A DNA stretch of 64,000 bases, from assembly GCA_963713975.1 (NCBI GenBank), contig OY970218.1, positions 1,216,001-1,280,000 of the forward strand, read 5' to 3'. The DNA is from an uncultured Chloroflexia bacterium (GTDB taxonomy: Bacteria; Chloroflexota; Limnocylindria; Limnocylindrales; CSP1-4). Both the position numbers and the translations under genes were made by a program. The first letter of the stretch is position 1; the number at the start of each line of letters is the position of its first letter. Below are positions 10,031-18,725 of the stretch, one piece after another. Under the pieces are notes generated by a model that made no database searches, was not told the DNA's origin, and saw only the letters and a list, made by a program, of their open reading frames with translations.

Positions 10031-10956
10031 GCCCGACACCAGCGGAGGTCGCGGCAGCCGAAGGCACCGGCTTTCGGCAGCCCGGCGCGAATGACGTCGG
10101 CGGAGAACGGCGTCTGCGGCATGAGGTCGGTCGGTGGCTCCGGCGCCGGCGGTGATGTCTCGACCACCCCCTCGGCGAGGATGTGAACCTGCGCGAGGGA
10201 GATCAGCGGCACATCCATCACGGCCTCGCAGACCCTCGCCAGGGCGAGGTGGGCAAGGATCGGGAGTCGCACATAGACGGGACGGCGCCCGATCGTGTCG
10301 GCGACTCGACGGACGGCATCCTCGAGTCGCATCTCCTCGGGTCCCAGGACAGCGATCGTCTGGTTCCGCAGGCGTTCGTCGCCCGTGGCCGCTGCTTCGA
10401 GGATCCGCGCGACATCATCGACCGCCACGGGTCGGACCGGCTGCTCGTGCATCCCGACGAGGCCGAAGACCGGGAACGTGTAGAGGGCGTGGCTGAGGTG
10501 GTCGAGCATGTGGTCGCCACGACCATGGATGACGCCGGCCTTCAACACTGTGTAGGGGATACCGCTCTCGCGGATCAGAGCCTCGGCCGTCCACTTGGTC
10601 CGGTGGTACGCGGTGGGCCCGTCGGGACGGGCGCGAAGGAAACTCAGGACGCTGATGTGTCGGACTCCAGCGGAGCGCGAAGCCTCGATGAGCGCCTGAG
10701 TCCCGCGGACATGGACCGTGTCGAACGTCTGGGGGCCGATCTCACGGTTGATCCCGGCGCAATGGACGACGGCGCTGCAGCCGTTCAAGGCGTCACGAAG
10801 CGCGGCGGGGTCGGGCCAGCCGAGGTCGGTTCCCGTTCGACGGGAGAGGGAGAGAACCTCGTGACCGGCGAGTTCCAGGCGTCGGACAACCTGTCGGCCA
10901 ACGAAGCCGGTTGCCCCGGTCACCGCGATCCGCTTCGACTTCTCGTCGACGCTCAT
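10027..10956 (-). CDS. NAD(P)-dependent epimerase/SDR (NDUFA9-like)
   Basis: IAVTGATGFVG and YHRTK (YxxxK). Confidence 0.85.
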   Translation of the reverse strand: MSVDEKSKRIAVTGATGFVGRQVVRRLELAGHEVLSLSRRTGTDLGWPDPAALRDALNGCSAVVHCAGINREIGPQTFDTVHVRGTQALIEASRSAGVRHISVLSFLRARPDGPTAYHRTKWTAEALIRESGIPYTVLKAGVIHGRGDHMLDHLSHALYTFPVFGLVGMHEQPVRPVAVDDVARILEAAATGDERLRNQTIAVLGPEEMRLEDAVRRVADTIGRRPVYVRLPILAHLALARVCEAVMDVPLISLAQVHILAEGVVETSPPAPEPPTDLMPQTPFSADVIRAGLPKAGAFGCRDLRWCRA

Positions 10957-10986
10957 GCCATCCCAACGTGCTACTGGTGGAGCGCA

Positions 10987-11016
10987 AGTATCTGCCTGAG
11001 AACTAGCTACTGTCAA
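10987..11016 (-). promoter_or_regulatory. Sigma70-type promoter of the SDR-SRPBCC-DCC1-YndJ operon
   Basis: TTGACA-N18-GATACT on the minus strand, upstream of 10956. Confidence 0.5.
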
Positions 11017-11120
11017 GTGGCATGTTTGGCTTGGGGCTTGGCCGGAGAGCCATATGTGTGCTGCCCGTCAAGGCGCGAGTCGCTCGCCGACCGAGGCGCA
11101 GGCGACCCGGTGGCCGCCTT

Positions 11121-12335
11121 TCAGCGAATGCCGTGCGCGTTCGCCCAGGCGTACGGTCCGGACACGATCGAGGCGCCGACCCGGGAGATGGCGCCGATGT
11201 CCATCGCGGCTACGGCGGCGAGCCCATCGACCTGCCCCTCGTCGAGCAGCCTCGCTGCCCCCGTCCACCCGGTGGGGCGTGTGTGCTGCTTGTTCGCACC
11301 CACGAGGAGTGCCGCCCACGCGAGGGCTGCCTGACGGAAAGGATCGCCTGGCGCGGCGGCTTCCATGTCGCGGACTCGGCACCGGTTGAAGAGCGCGTCC
11401 GCGATGGCGATCAGCCGCTCGACCGTCAGACCCTCGACGAGCCCCCTCGTCAGCGCAGCAATATTCGGATCCCGGCTCAAGAGGACGCCCGCCGAGGTCG
11501 GGGAGCCAGGCCGCAAGATCTCGGGCCAGCCGGGAGCGCCGCCAGGCGTCGTCGGTCGAGAGCGGGGTCGCGGCTCCAGAGTCCGCGCCGTGGCTGCGGG
11601 TGGGTCGGCTGAGAGCCCCTTGTCCACGTCGAGCCTGCCGTCCGGAGCTGGGTCGCCGTGCCCGATCGGCGCGTCCGCGAGACGCCAGAACTCGTCCCAG
11701 ATCGAGCCGTAGCGCTCGCGGTAGTACGCGGCGGCGCTCGCGAGCATCCCGGCGTCGCCGCTGACGTCGATCCACGCCGCAGGCTTCTTGGGCACGTAGA
11801 AGACGTTGAGCGGGTGGACGTTCCGCACAAACCGCCAGGCCGCGGTCTGCCTCGCCCAGTCCGCCCAGGCGACGTCGCGGTTCTTGACGCCGAGGATGTG
11901 CGCGACGTACCAGCCCTTGGCGTTCAGGGTCTCTCGGCCATTCGGCGCCTTGAACATGTGGAACGGCGTCGCGGCGATGTACGAGGCAAACACCGCGGGG
12001 TCGAGCAGGTCGTTGTAGAGCACCGCGTGCCACCACCAGGCCGGGGAGTTGTCGCCGGGGATGAGCCTGCTGCCATCGCGGGCCGTGACCGGGACTCCGC
12101 GCTCCAGCCCTGCGACGGCACGGACGAGGTGCAGCGTGTCAGGCCGGCCGAGGTAGCCGACGAGCGCCCGATGGAACGCCTCGACCACGCGGACATCGGG
12201 GAGGAGTGGCTCGAGGTGGCGCTCGATGTACTGCGACCTCGCGCCGTGGAAAGCGGACGGAGCGAACGGGATCGGCCGCCTCGACAGGTCGTCACGGGAT
12301 GTGCCGGCGGGTCCCGAACCGTTTGCGCTCGCCAT
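11121..12335 (-). CDS. Hypothetical protein with HNH-like nuclease motif
   Basis: GWYVAHI...FVRNVHPLNVFYVPK. Its ATG overlaps the stop of the repaired GNAT gene (TGATG). Confidence 0.55.
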   Translation of the reverse strand: MASANGSGPAGTSRDDLSRRPIPFAPSAFHGARSQYIERHLEPLLPDVRVVEAFHRALVGYLGRPDTLHLVRAVAGLERGVPVTARDGSRLIPGDNSPAWWWHAVLYNDLLDPAVFASYIAATPFHMFKAPNGRETLNAKGWYVAHILGVKNRDVAWADWARQTAAWRFVRNVHPLNVFYVPKKPAAWIDVSGDAGMLASAAAYYRERYGSIWDEFWRLADAPIGHGDPAPDGRLDVDKGLSADPPAATARTLEPRPRSRPTTPGGAPGWPEILRPGSPTSAGVLLSRDPNIAALTRGLVEGLTVERLIAIADALFNRCRVRDMEAAAPGDPFRQAALAWAALLVGANKQHTRPTGWTGAARLLDEGQVDGLAAVAAMDIGAISRVGASIVSGPYAWANAHGIR

Positions 12336-12855
12336 CACGGCTGCGGCCCACAAGCCGGACACACGCCGGCAGTCGCGACGATCTTGGCCTCAGCGTCGGG
12401 ATCGCTCCGGCGACGCCGACTGCGCATGAAGATGTAGCCGAGGGGCGTCATCGTCCGATGAGCAAGGGACGCGGCCGACCCCGCCTCCATGTCGATGCCA
12501 GGGCCTCGAGGGCGGCGTACAGGGCGGTGCCAAAGCCCCGGCCCTGTCGAGCGGGGTCGATGGCCACATCGATCGAGACGGGATGGTCCGGGCCGATGGA
12601 TCCGACGATCGCGCCACCGAGGACCCGGCCACGATCATCCCTGAGCACCCACCAGTCTTCGCGCTCCTGGGTGACGCCCGGCTTGCCCTTGCCGTACTCC
12701 TTGAACTTCGGGAACAACGGCTCGTCGTCGTTGTCCGGGATTAGGCGCTCGGCGATGACGGCCGGGAGGGGTGCAATTGGCCGCTCGGCGTCATGTGTCG
12801 AGCGGCCGCGTGAGTGACCTCGTTCCCGGACGATCGCGGCGCGGAGTCGATCCAT
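12335..12855 (-). pseudogene. GNAT acetyltransferase with C-terminal CxxC, one-base frameshift
   Basis: Motif A VAIDPARQGRGFGTALY. Adding one base near 12500 gives GIDMEAGS...AGVCPACGPQP*, whose TGA overlaps the next ATG. Confidence 0.65.
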
Positions 12856-12864
12856 GGTCGGGAC

Positions 12865-13272
12865 CTATTGCACGCCAGCGCGTTCCATGATCTCGACGAT
12901 GTGGTGCAGGCCACGTTCTTCGAGCGCCTGACGGAACTGCGGCCACGGCGGCCGGTTGCTTCTGTAGGCGTTGGGTCCCGTTGAGAGTCCGCCGCCCGGT
13001 CCGGTCGAGAGACCACCGCGAGGCCCCGTTGAGAGACCACCGCCCGGCCCGGTCGAGAGGCCCCCGCCTGGACCTGTCGAGAGGCCGCCTCCGGGCCCCG
13101 TTGAGAGCCCGCCCCCCGGTCCAGTCGACATGCCGCCTCCGGGCCCCGTCGAGAGCCCGCCGCCCGGTCCGGTCGATGCACCGCCGCCCGGGCCCGTAGA
13201 GAGCCCGCCCCCCGGGCCTGTCGAGAGTCCGCCACCAGGACCGGTGCTGCGATTGCGCGGCCACGTCGCCAT
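12865..13272 (-). CDS. Glycine-rich STGPGGGL-repeat protein
   Basis: 11 full octapeptide repeats plus STGP, then [19 protein letters not shown]. Alternative start at 13317. Confidence 0.75.
   Translation of the reverse strand: MATWPRNRSTGPGGGLSTGPGGGLSTGPGGGASTGPGGGLSTGPGGGMSTGPGGGLSTGPGGGLSTGPGGGLSTGPGGGLSTGPRGGLSTGPGGGLSTGPNAYRSNRPPWPQFRQALEERGLHHIVEIMERAGVQ
12973..13248 (-). repeat. 24-bp degenerate coding tandem repeat (11.5 units)
   Basis: Units differ mostly at synonymous positions. Confidence 0.9.
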
Positions 13273-13335
13273 GAGTACCCCCGTCATCGCTAGGGCAGTT
13301 CGCCCCGTCACGTCCATTGTCGCTCCGCGCGACCT

Positions 13336-14337
13336 CTACCAGAGGTGCGTACGCGCCAGGGCCGAGGCGGCTTTGAGTGAGCCCGGGATCGGAACGGCAC
13401 TCGCGCAGGCCGCGAGGTTCGCGGCGCCAGTGTGGTGCGCGAGGTAGATCTCAACGGTCACGAGGGTCGCGGCGACGATGTCGCACAGCGCGGCATGGAA
13501 GTCCGCGGCGTCCTCGGCCGAGAGTGCGCCCGAGAGGAACGCGTCGCCCTCCTTGTAGTTCGAGCGGATCCGCAACCGCCAGAGCAGGTCGAACAGGGTC
13601 GTTGGCCGCATCTTCGTCGCGTTCGCGGTCAGCGCCGCGGTCGCCAGCGTCTTGCGCTTCGTGCCGGACTTGGTCGGCGGCTGCGCGCGGATCCACCCGT
13701 CGCGGCTGTCCGCGATCTGATCGCGCCTCGTCGTCCTGAGGGCCATCGCCAGCAGCGATGGTGCCGTCGCGGCTGTGACCGCCTTCAGGTTGCTGATCTT
13801 GAGGTCGAGCGGGTCGGGACCGAAGTCCTGATAGGTCCAGGCGCTCGGCGGCCCGCCGACCCTGGCCGTCCACGGCACGACGAACGGGGTCCTCGTTCCT
13901 GCCGCCGCTGTCGCGGCCCACGTCAGCAGTTTCGCGTGCGTCAGCGGCGGGTTGGGCGTGACGACGTGCGTCAGGGCGGTGATCGCGTTGAAGACCGCGT
14001 AGTACGCCTGCACCGGCGCCCACAGGTTCGCGAAGGACACCAGATCGCCCCCGCCGAGGGTCCGCGGGGCGTTGAGCAGGACCTCGGTCGCCCAGGCGTT
14101 CCGCAGGACCTCGCCGGCGCGGGCCGAGAGCACCTTCGTGCGCGGCGGGTCCGACCGCCACGGCTTCGACTTCACGGACTGCGCCACGCCAGCGACCATC
14201 CCGTCCGGATGCGGGTGGAGGGCGGTCGCCCACACGCAGACGGCCTCGAGGTAGCCGCGGAACGTGTGGAACGTCATCTCCTCGTCCGAGCCGGTTGGGA
14301 TCCGGATCGAACTCAAATTGATCGTCACGATGGGCAT
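13336..14337 (-). CDS. HEPN-like domain protein
   Basis: [13 protein letters not shown]...H and [10 protein letters not shown] match the YYAxF...H...RxxxDY pattern of HEPN. -10 TACCCT 6 nt upstream (leaderless). Confidence 0.6.
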   Translation of the reverse strand: MPIVTINLSSIRIPTGSDEEMTFHTFRGYLEAVCVWATALHPHPDGMVAGVAQSVKSKPWRSDPPRTKVLSARAGEVLRNAWATEVLLNAPRTLGGGDLVSFANLWAPVQAYYAVFNAITALTHVVTPNPPLTHAKLLTWAATAAAGTRTPFVVPWTARVGGPPSAWTYQDFGPDPLDLKISNLKAVTAATAPSLLAMALRTTRRDQIADSRDGWIRAQPPTKSGTKRKTLATAALTANATKMRPTTLFDLLWRLRIRSNYKEGDAFLSGALSAEDAADFHAALCDIVAATLVTVEIYLAHHTGAANLAACASAVPIPGSLKAASALARTHLW

Positions 14338-14617
14338 GACCGCAGGGTAGAACGGAACTGGGTGACAAACATCGATCCGCCCGTCATCAGGGTGGGCATT
14401 GTGGTTGTAGGAGAGTGGGTCCTAGCCGCGGGATAGCCCATTCGGCCGGTCCTTGCGAGCGCAATTACCACGCATTTCACATGCCCCCCCGGCTCGCCCT
14501 ACGGATGGTTGTGGACGAGTGCGCGCCGTAGTGGGAGCGGCGCGGGTCGGCGCGATGGCCAGATGTCGAGAACCGGCCGGAGGCCAGCATGCGGGCATGA
14601 TCAGATCGAGCCGACGG

Positions 14618-14732
14618 AGGGAGACCGTCGGGGCGGGCTGTCCAGATCTCGTGGCCGCCGGCGATCAGTCCTCATCGCCGCCAACGTCCGGCTTCGTGTC
14701 CGCCTGCGTCCAGATTCCTATGGCCGCCGTCA
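14618..14732 (-). mobile_element. Solo IS21-family terminal remnant
   Basis: 14631-14732 aligns ungapped with 56952-57053 at 89/102 identity; no adjacent transposase. Confidence 0.85.
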
Positions 14733-14790
14733 GACATTCAGAACCGAGTCCCTTGACACCATGACGCCGGAAGAGCTACTCGGCCGGACC

Positions 14791-14839
14791 GTACACAATC
14801 CGGCTTGACTAGCGTCCACAGGCAGCGCAGCATGCCGCC
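14791..14839 (+). promoter_or_regulatory. Leaderless promoter with GTACACA box (Tad/T4SS operon)
   Basis: GTACACAATCCGGC-TTGACT-N17-CAGCAT-N6-ATG. First 29 nt are 25/29 identical to 39736-39764. Confidence 0.75.
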
Positions 14840-15148
14840 ATGCAGAACGTCATCGGCATCCGAACCCTTCGCCGGCAGGTGAACGAGTCGCTCCTGCGCG
14901 TGGCGCGCGGCGAGACGATCGTCATCGCCCGGCACGGGCGTCCGGTCGCAATCATGCGGCCGATCACCGACGGCGACACGGGCCGGCGGGTATCGGTCAC
15001 GACGTTCCGCCGCAACCTGCGGCGGGCCCTGGTCGTGACGCGACGCCGGCCGATCGTGCTCACCTGGTATGGCGACGGGGCCGCGGTCATCGCGCCCGTG
15101 CCCCCGGAGCTTGAGATCGCGTACGACGACGAAGAGGAGCTGGAATGA
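14840..15148 (+). CDS. Tandem Phd/YefM-domain protein
   Basis: IGIRTLRRQVNESLLRVARGETIVIARHGRPVAIM, then a second unit VSVTTFRRNL...PIVLTWYGDGAAVI. Confidence 0.8.
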   Translation: MQNVIGIRTLRRQVNESLLRVARGETIVIARHGRPVAIMRPITDGDTGRRVSVTTFRRNLRRALVVTRRRPIVLTWYGDGAAVIAPVPPELEIAYDDEEELE

Positions 15149-15744
15149 CGGCGGGCGGCATGATCCAGGCGCTCGGGATGCGCGAGGTCCGCGGCAACAT
15201 GCGCGCGGTCGTGGCCCGGGTCGAAGAGGGCGAGGCGCTCGTCGTCCTGCGCGACGGCCAGCCGAGTGCTGTCATGCTCGCCTTCGCGGAGGCGCAGCGC
15301 TGGCAGCAGATCGAGCGCGCCCTGTCCGCGTTCCACGGCCTCGAGATCTACCCGGAGCTCGCCCGCGACACGCCCGAGCTGGCCCGGATCGTTCGGCGCG
15401 AGACCCGGCCGTCGGGTGCCGCGGTGCGCCGGCTCGCTGACCAGTCGCGCGACATCCTTGCGCCGCTGCGGACGATGGGGATCACGGACGCCCGCACGAC
15501 GTTTGCAGCGATCCTCGACGAGATCGAGGCCGGGCGGACACTCACGATCGTGTCGTCGGGCCGGTTCGCCGCGACGCTCGTGGCCCCCCGGGAGTTCGAC
15601 CGTCTGCGAACGCTCGACCGCACCGTGAGCTGGTTCCGCGCGGCCGGCCTCGACCTCAGCATCGCCGACGAGGCCGCTGTCGGTGCCTTCGTCCGGGAGT
15701 TCGCGACTCGGTCGGCTGCCTCCGACGCCGCGGCGGCCGGGTAG
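15145..15744 (+). CDS. Tandem Phd/YefM-domain protein
   Basis: LGMREVRGNMRAVVARVEEGEALVVLRDGQPSAVM and MGITDARTTFAAILDEIEAGRTLTIVSSGRFAATL. ATGA overlap with the previous gene. Confidence 0.8.
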   Translation: MTAGGMIQALGMREVRGNMRAVVARVEEGEALVVLRDGQPSAVMLAFAEAQRWQQIERALSAFHGLEIYPELARDTPELARIVRRETRPSGAAVRRLADQSRDILAPLRTMGITDARTTFAAILDEIEAGRTLTIVSSGRFAATLVAPREFDRLRTLDRTVSWFRAAGLDLSIADEAAVGAFVREFATRSAASDAAAAG

Positions 15745-15752
15745 GGACGGCG

Positions 15753-16148
15753 ATGATGCGGCGGTTCCCGCGCCACGCGATGGTCGCCCGCCTGTGGGTC
15801 GCGGCCCCCTTCGTCGTCGTGCTCCTGTGGCTCGCCGCCGGGTCGACCGTCCTCGGCGCGGACAGCGTCCCGCGGGGCGCCAAGGAGGCGCTCGCGCCGG
15901 TGACGAAGATGATCGGGACCCTGGTCGCGATCGCGATCGGCTTGGGGATCGCGATCTGCGGCGCGGTGATCGTCTGGGGCGGGATCGAGAAGACGCTCGC
16001 GGGCGCGAACCAGGACGCCGAGCATCGCGCCTCGCGGCGGATCCAGAACGGGATCCACGGCCTCGTCTGGATGATCCTGGCGTCCGTCATCGTGTCCACG
16101 ATCACGGCGATCGCGGTCGCCTACGGGCTTATCAACACGCCCTTCTGA
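15753..16148 (+). CDS. VirB2/TrbC-like T4SS pilin
   Basis: Signal-like N-terminus and two TM helices around WGGIEKTLAGANQDAEHRASRRIQNGIHGL. Confidence 0.7.
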   Translation: MMRRFPRHAMVARLWVAAPFVVVLLWLAAGSTVLGADSVPRGAKEALAPVTKMIGTLVAIAIGLGIAICGAVIVWGGIEKTLAGANQDAEHRASRRIQNGIHGLVWMILASVIVSTITAIAVAYGLINTPF

Positions 16149-16161
16149 GGTACCCCTGAGC

Positions 16162-17295
16162 ATGCTGACGACCGGGGGCTTGGTTCCCCATGCCCTCCAG
16201 AGCCCGGAGACGGGTGCCGATGCGACCTGGCAGGTGCCGCCTGTGGGCCTCGCCCTCGCCCTTCTCGCGGTCCTGGGGCTTGGGCTCGCGCTGCTCGGGC
16301 AGGCCATGCCGTCGCCGATCGCACCCGTGCCGACAACGGCGGAGCGCGCCGCGCCCCAGGCGCCGGTCGGCGACATCCCGATCCTGGGCGATCCGGTCCG
16401 CGACCTCACGGTCTGGTACTCGGACCGCGTGCGCGACGCCAACCGCGCGGCGCTCGACAACCTGCGGGGCCAACTCCTCACGCCGATCGACCCGCTGAAC
16501 GACAAGGTCACCCGCACCCTGTACGGCCCGATGGTGCTGATCACGATCCCGCTGCTGACGTTCGGCGGCCTCGTCCTGGGCTACCTGATCATGGTCAGCG
16601 GGACGAGCGGGGAGACGGCGTACGCGGCCCGCTCGGTCGCACCGCGGTTCGTCGTGGGGGCGACGCTCGCGATCCTGGGCATCTTCCTCGTGTCGGTGAT
16701 CACCCAGTTCGTCTCGGCGCTCGACGCGGCGATGGTCGGCGTCGCGCTGCCGGCGTCGGCGGTTGGCGATGCGGCCGCCTGGCCATCGACCGGCGGTGTG
16801 TTCCTCGTCCTCCAGCAGGGCGGCTTTGATCCCCAGGTCGCCCAGGGGCCCGACAACTGGAACAGCGGGGCGTGGCTCTCGTCGGGGCTGCTCGCGGGGA
16901 TCCTGACGACGTGCCTCGCGATGCTGAACTGGCTGTTGGCCGGGGTCGAGCGGCTCCTCGTGCTCGTCGGGCCGCTGTGTCTGGCCGCCTACGCGATCCC
17001 GGCCACCGAGCGCGTGACGAGGCTCTGGTTCAAGGTGCTCATCGTCGTCCTGGCGATGCGGTTCGCCTGGGCGATCACGTTCGTCCTGTTCAGCCTCCAG
17101 GCGGGCGCCTACATGGGCGCTTCGGGGGCGCCGGCGACGGTGGCCGACATGAATGTCCTGCTCGGCCTGGCCGCGGGTGCGGCGGCGATGATGCTCGGCC
17201 TCCCGCTGGTGCTGATCCCGGTCGCACTTGCGGGGCCGCAGATCCTCGACGTCGGGAGCGCCGCGCGGACCGTCGCCGCGCTGCGGTACCTCTAG
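16162..17295 (+). CDS. VirB6/TrbL-like polytopic membrane protein
   Basis: Multiple TM helices with ERLLVLVGPLCLAAYAIPATERVTRLWFK. Lies between the pilin and PrgI genes. Confidence 0.65.
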   Translation: MLTTGGLVPHALQSPETGADATWQVPPVGLALALLAVLGLGLALLGQAMPSPIAPVPTTAERAAPQAPVGDIPILGDPVRDLTVWYSDRVRDANRAALDNLRGQLLTPIDPLNDKVTRTLYGPMVLITIPLLTFGGLVLGYLIMVSGTSGETAYAARSVAPRFVVGATLAILGIFLVSVITQFVSALDAAMVGVALPASAVGDAAAWPSTGGVFLVLQQGGFDPQVAQGPDNWNSGAWLSSGLLAGILTTCLAMLNWLLAGVERLLVLVGPLCLAAYAIPATERVTRLWFKVLIVVLAMRFAWAITFVLFSLQAGAYMGASGAPATVADMNVLLGLAAGAAAMMLGLPLVLIPVALAGPQILDVGSAARTVAALRYL

Positions 17296-17297
17296 CG

Positions 17298-18725
17298 ATG
17301 CCGAACCTCGTCGACGTGCCCGAGAACGCCGTCCGCGAGGAGCCGCTGGCGTTTGGGCTCACGGCGCCACAGCTGCTGATCTGCGGGATCGCGGTGGCGA
17401 TCGGCGCGGTGATCCAGCTCATCCCCATGTGGTTACCTCTCCAGATCCTGTTGACGGTGCTGCTCGCGGGCCCGGTGCTGCTCGCGGCGATCCTGCCGAT
17501 CCGGGGTGAACCGGCCTACCGGTGGTTGCTTCGCTGGGTCCGCTACCGGCGCGGTCCGCGCACCTGGCACGCCGTGCTCGGTCCGGATCCACATAAGTCG
17601 CAGATAAGTGAGGAGGCGCACCCTGTCGTGGCTCCGCCCCTCGCGGCCGCAAGCGCGAATACGGCAAGTCTCGGACTTGACGGCAGGGAGGGACAGGTAG
17701 ACCTTGCGGGGGATTCGGCTCCGAGCGTCCAGGAGCAGACATCGATGGGTGAGCGCACCGTCCGACTCCGGGTCGTCGAACTTGACGACGAGGGTCCGGC
17801 GCCCGACCGTTCGAACACGGAAGGCGCGCCACACGAGCGACCCTCGGCAATCCCGCACGTGCTCCCTGGCCTGCGCGTCGTCGCCATCACGAGCTTTGCC
17901 GGTGGGGTGGGCAAGACCACGCTCGCGGTCGAGGTCGCGACGCTGGTCGCGTCCCGTGCCCGGATCCGCTCGCTCGAGGGCACAGAACAGGCGGTCCGTG
18001 TCCTGATCCTCGACGCGTCGCGACTCGCGAGCGCCGTCGGCCTGCGCCTGGGGCTCGACCCGGCCGCCCTGGCAGCCGCCTGGAGCCATCGGATCTGGCG
18101 TGATCCCTCCGCCATCGGGGACCTCGCTGCGGGCACGCGGTGGGGGGTTGATGTGCTCACCCTGCCGCCCCACCCCCAGCTCACCGCGCACGACGGACAG
18201 GCCGACCCACGAGCTGGGGTCTTCGGTGCTGTCGAAGCCGACGCGCTCCTCGAGGGCGTCCAGCGCGCGGGGTATCACCTGCTGGTGACGGACCTGGGCG
18301 GCGTGCTGGAGGACGGCCACCGCCAGCTCATCGACCAGGCCGATGTCGTCCTTGGCGTTGTCCGACCGACCCTCGAGTCGCTCCCGGACGTGTTCCGGCT
18401 CGCGACCGTGCTTCGGCTCCAGGGGATGGGTCGCAAGCTCGGGATCGTCGCCAACGGCGCGGACGACGACACCGAGGTCAAGCGGCTGGCGCGCGAGGCC
18501 GACGTGCCGCTGCTCGGGCGCGTCGGCATCGATCCGGTGTTCACGGTCGCGGCCGACCGCGGCGAGCCCGCCTGGTCCATCGCACCGGCGCGGACGGGCG
18601 AGCTCGTCGGTGTCGCGCGGGCCGCTTGGCCGCTGCTCTCCGATGCGCCCGGGCGCATGACGCGCAGGCGCTCGGTGCTGCGTGCCGTCCGCGACGCGAT
18701 GCCGGCTCCCGGAGGCAACCAGTGA
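17298..18725 (+). CDS. PrgI (VirB3-like) domain fused to a TadZ/CpaE/MinD-like P-loop ATPase
   Basis: N-terminal VDVPENAVREEPLAFGLTAPQLL plus two TM helices; C-terminal SFAGGVGKTTLA, LILDA, VTDLG, ADVVLGVVRP. Confidence 0.75.
   Translation: MPNLVDVPENAVREEPLAFGLTAPQLLICGIAVAIGAVIQLIPMWLPLQILLTVLLAGPVLLAAILPIRGEPAYRWLLRWVRYRRGPRTWHAVLGPDPHKSQISEEAHPVVAPPLAAASANTASLGLDGREGQVDLAGDSAPSVQEQTSMGERTVRLRVVELDDEGPAPDRSNTEGAPHERPSAIPHVLPGLRVVAITSFAGGVGKTTLAVEVATLVASRARIRSLEGTEQAVRVLILDASRLASAVGLRLGLDPAALAAAWSHRIWRDPSAIGDLAAGTRWGVDVLTLPPHPQLTAHDGQADPRAGVFGAVEADALLEGVQRAGYHLLVTDLGGVLEDGHRQLIDQADVVLGVVRPTLESLPDVFRLATVLRLQGMGRKLGIVANGADDDTEVKRLAREADVPLLGRVGIDPVFTVAADRGEPAWSIAPARTGELVGVARAAWPLLSDAPGRMTRRRSVLRAVRDAMPAPGGNQ

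Noticed and set aside
12973-13248. 24-bp periodic repeat as a CRISPR array
   Set aside because: No unique spacers; variation is synonymous within a coding frame; no cas genes.
14840-15744. Classical type II toxin-antitoxin pair
   Set aside because: Both ORFs are Phd-like; no toxin domain was recognised next to them.
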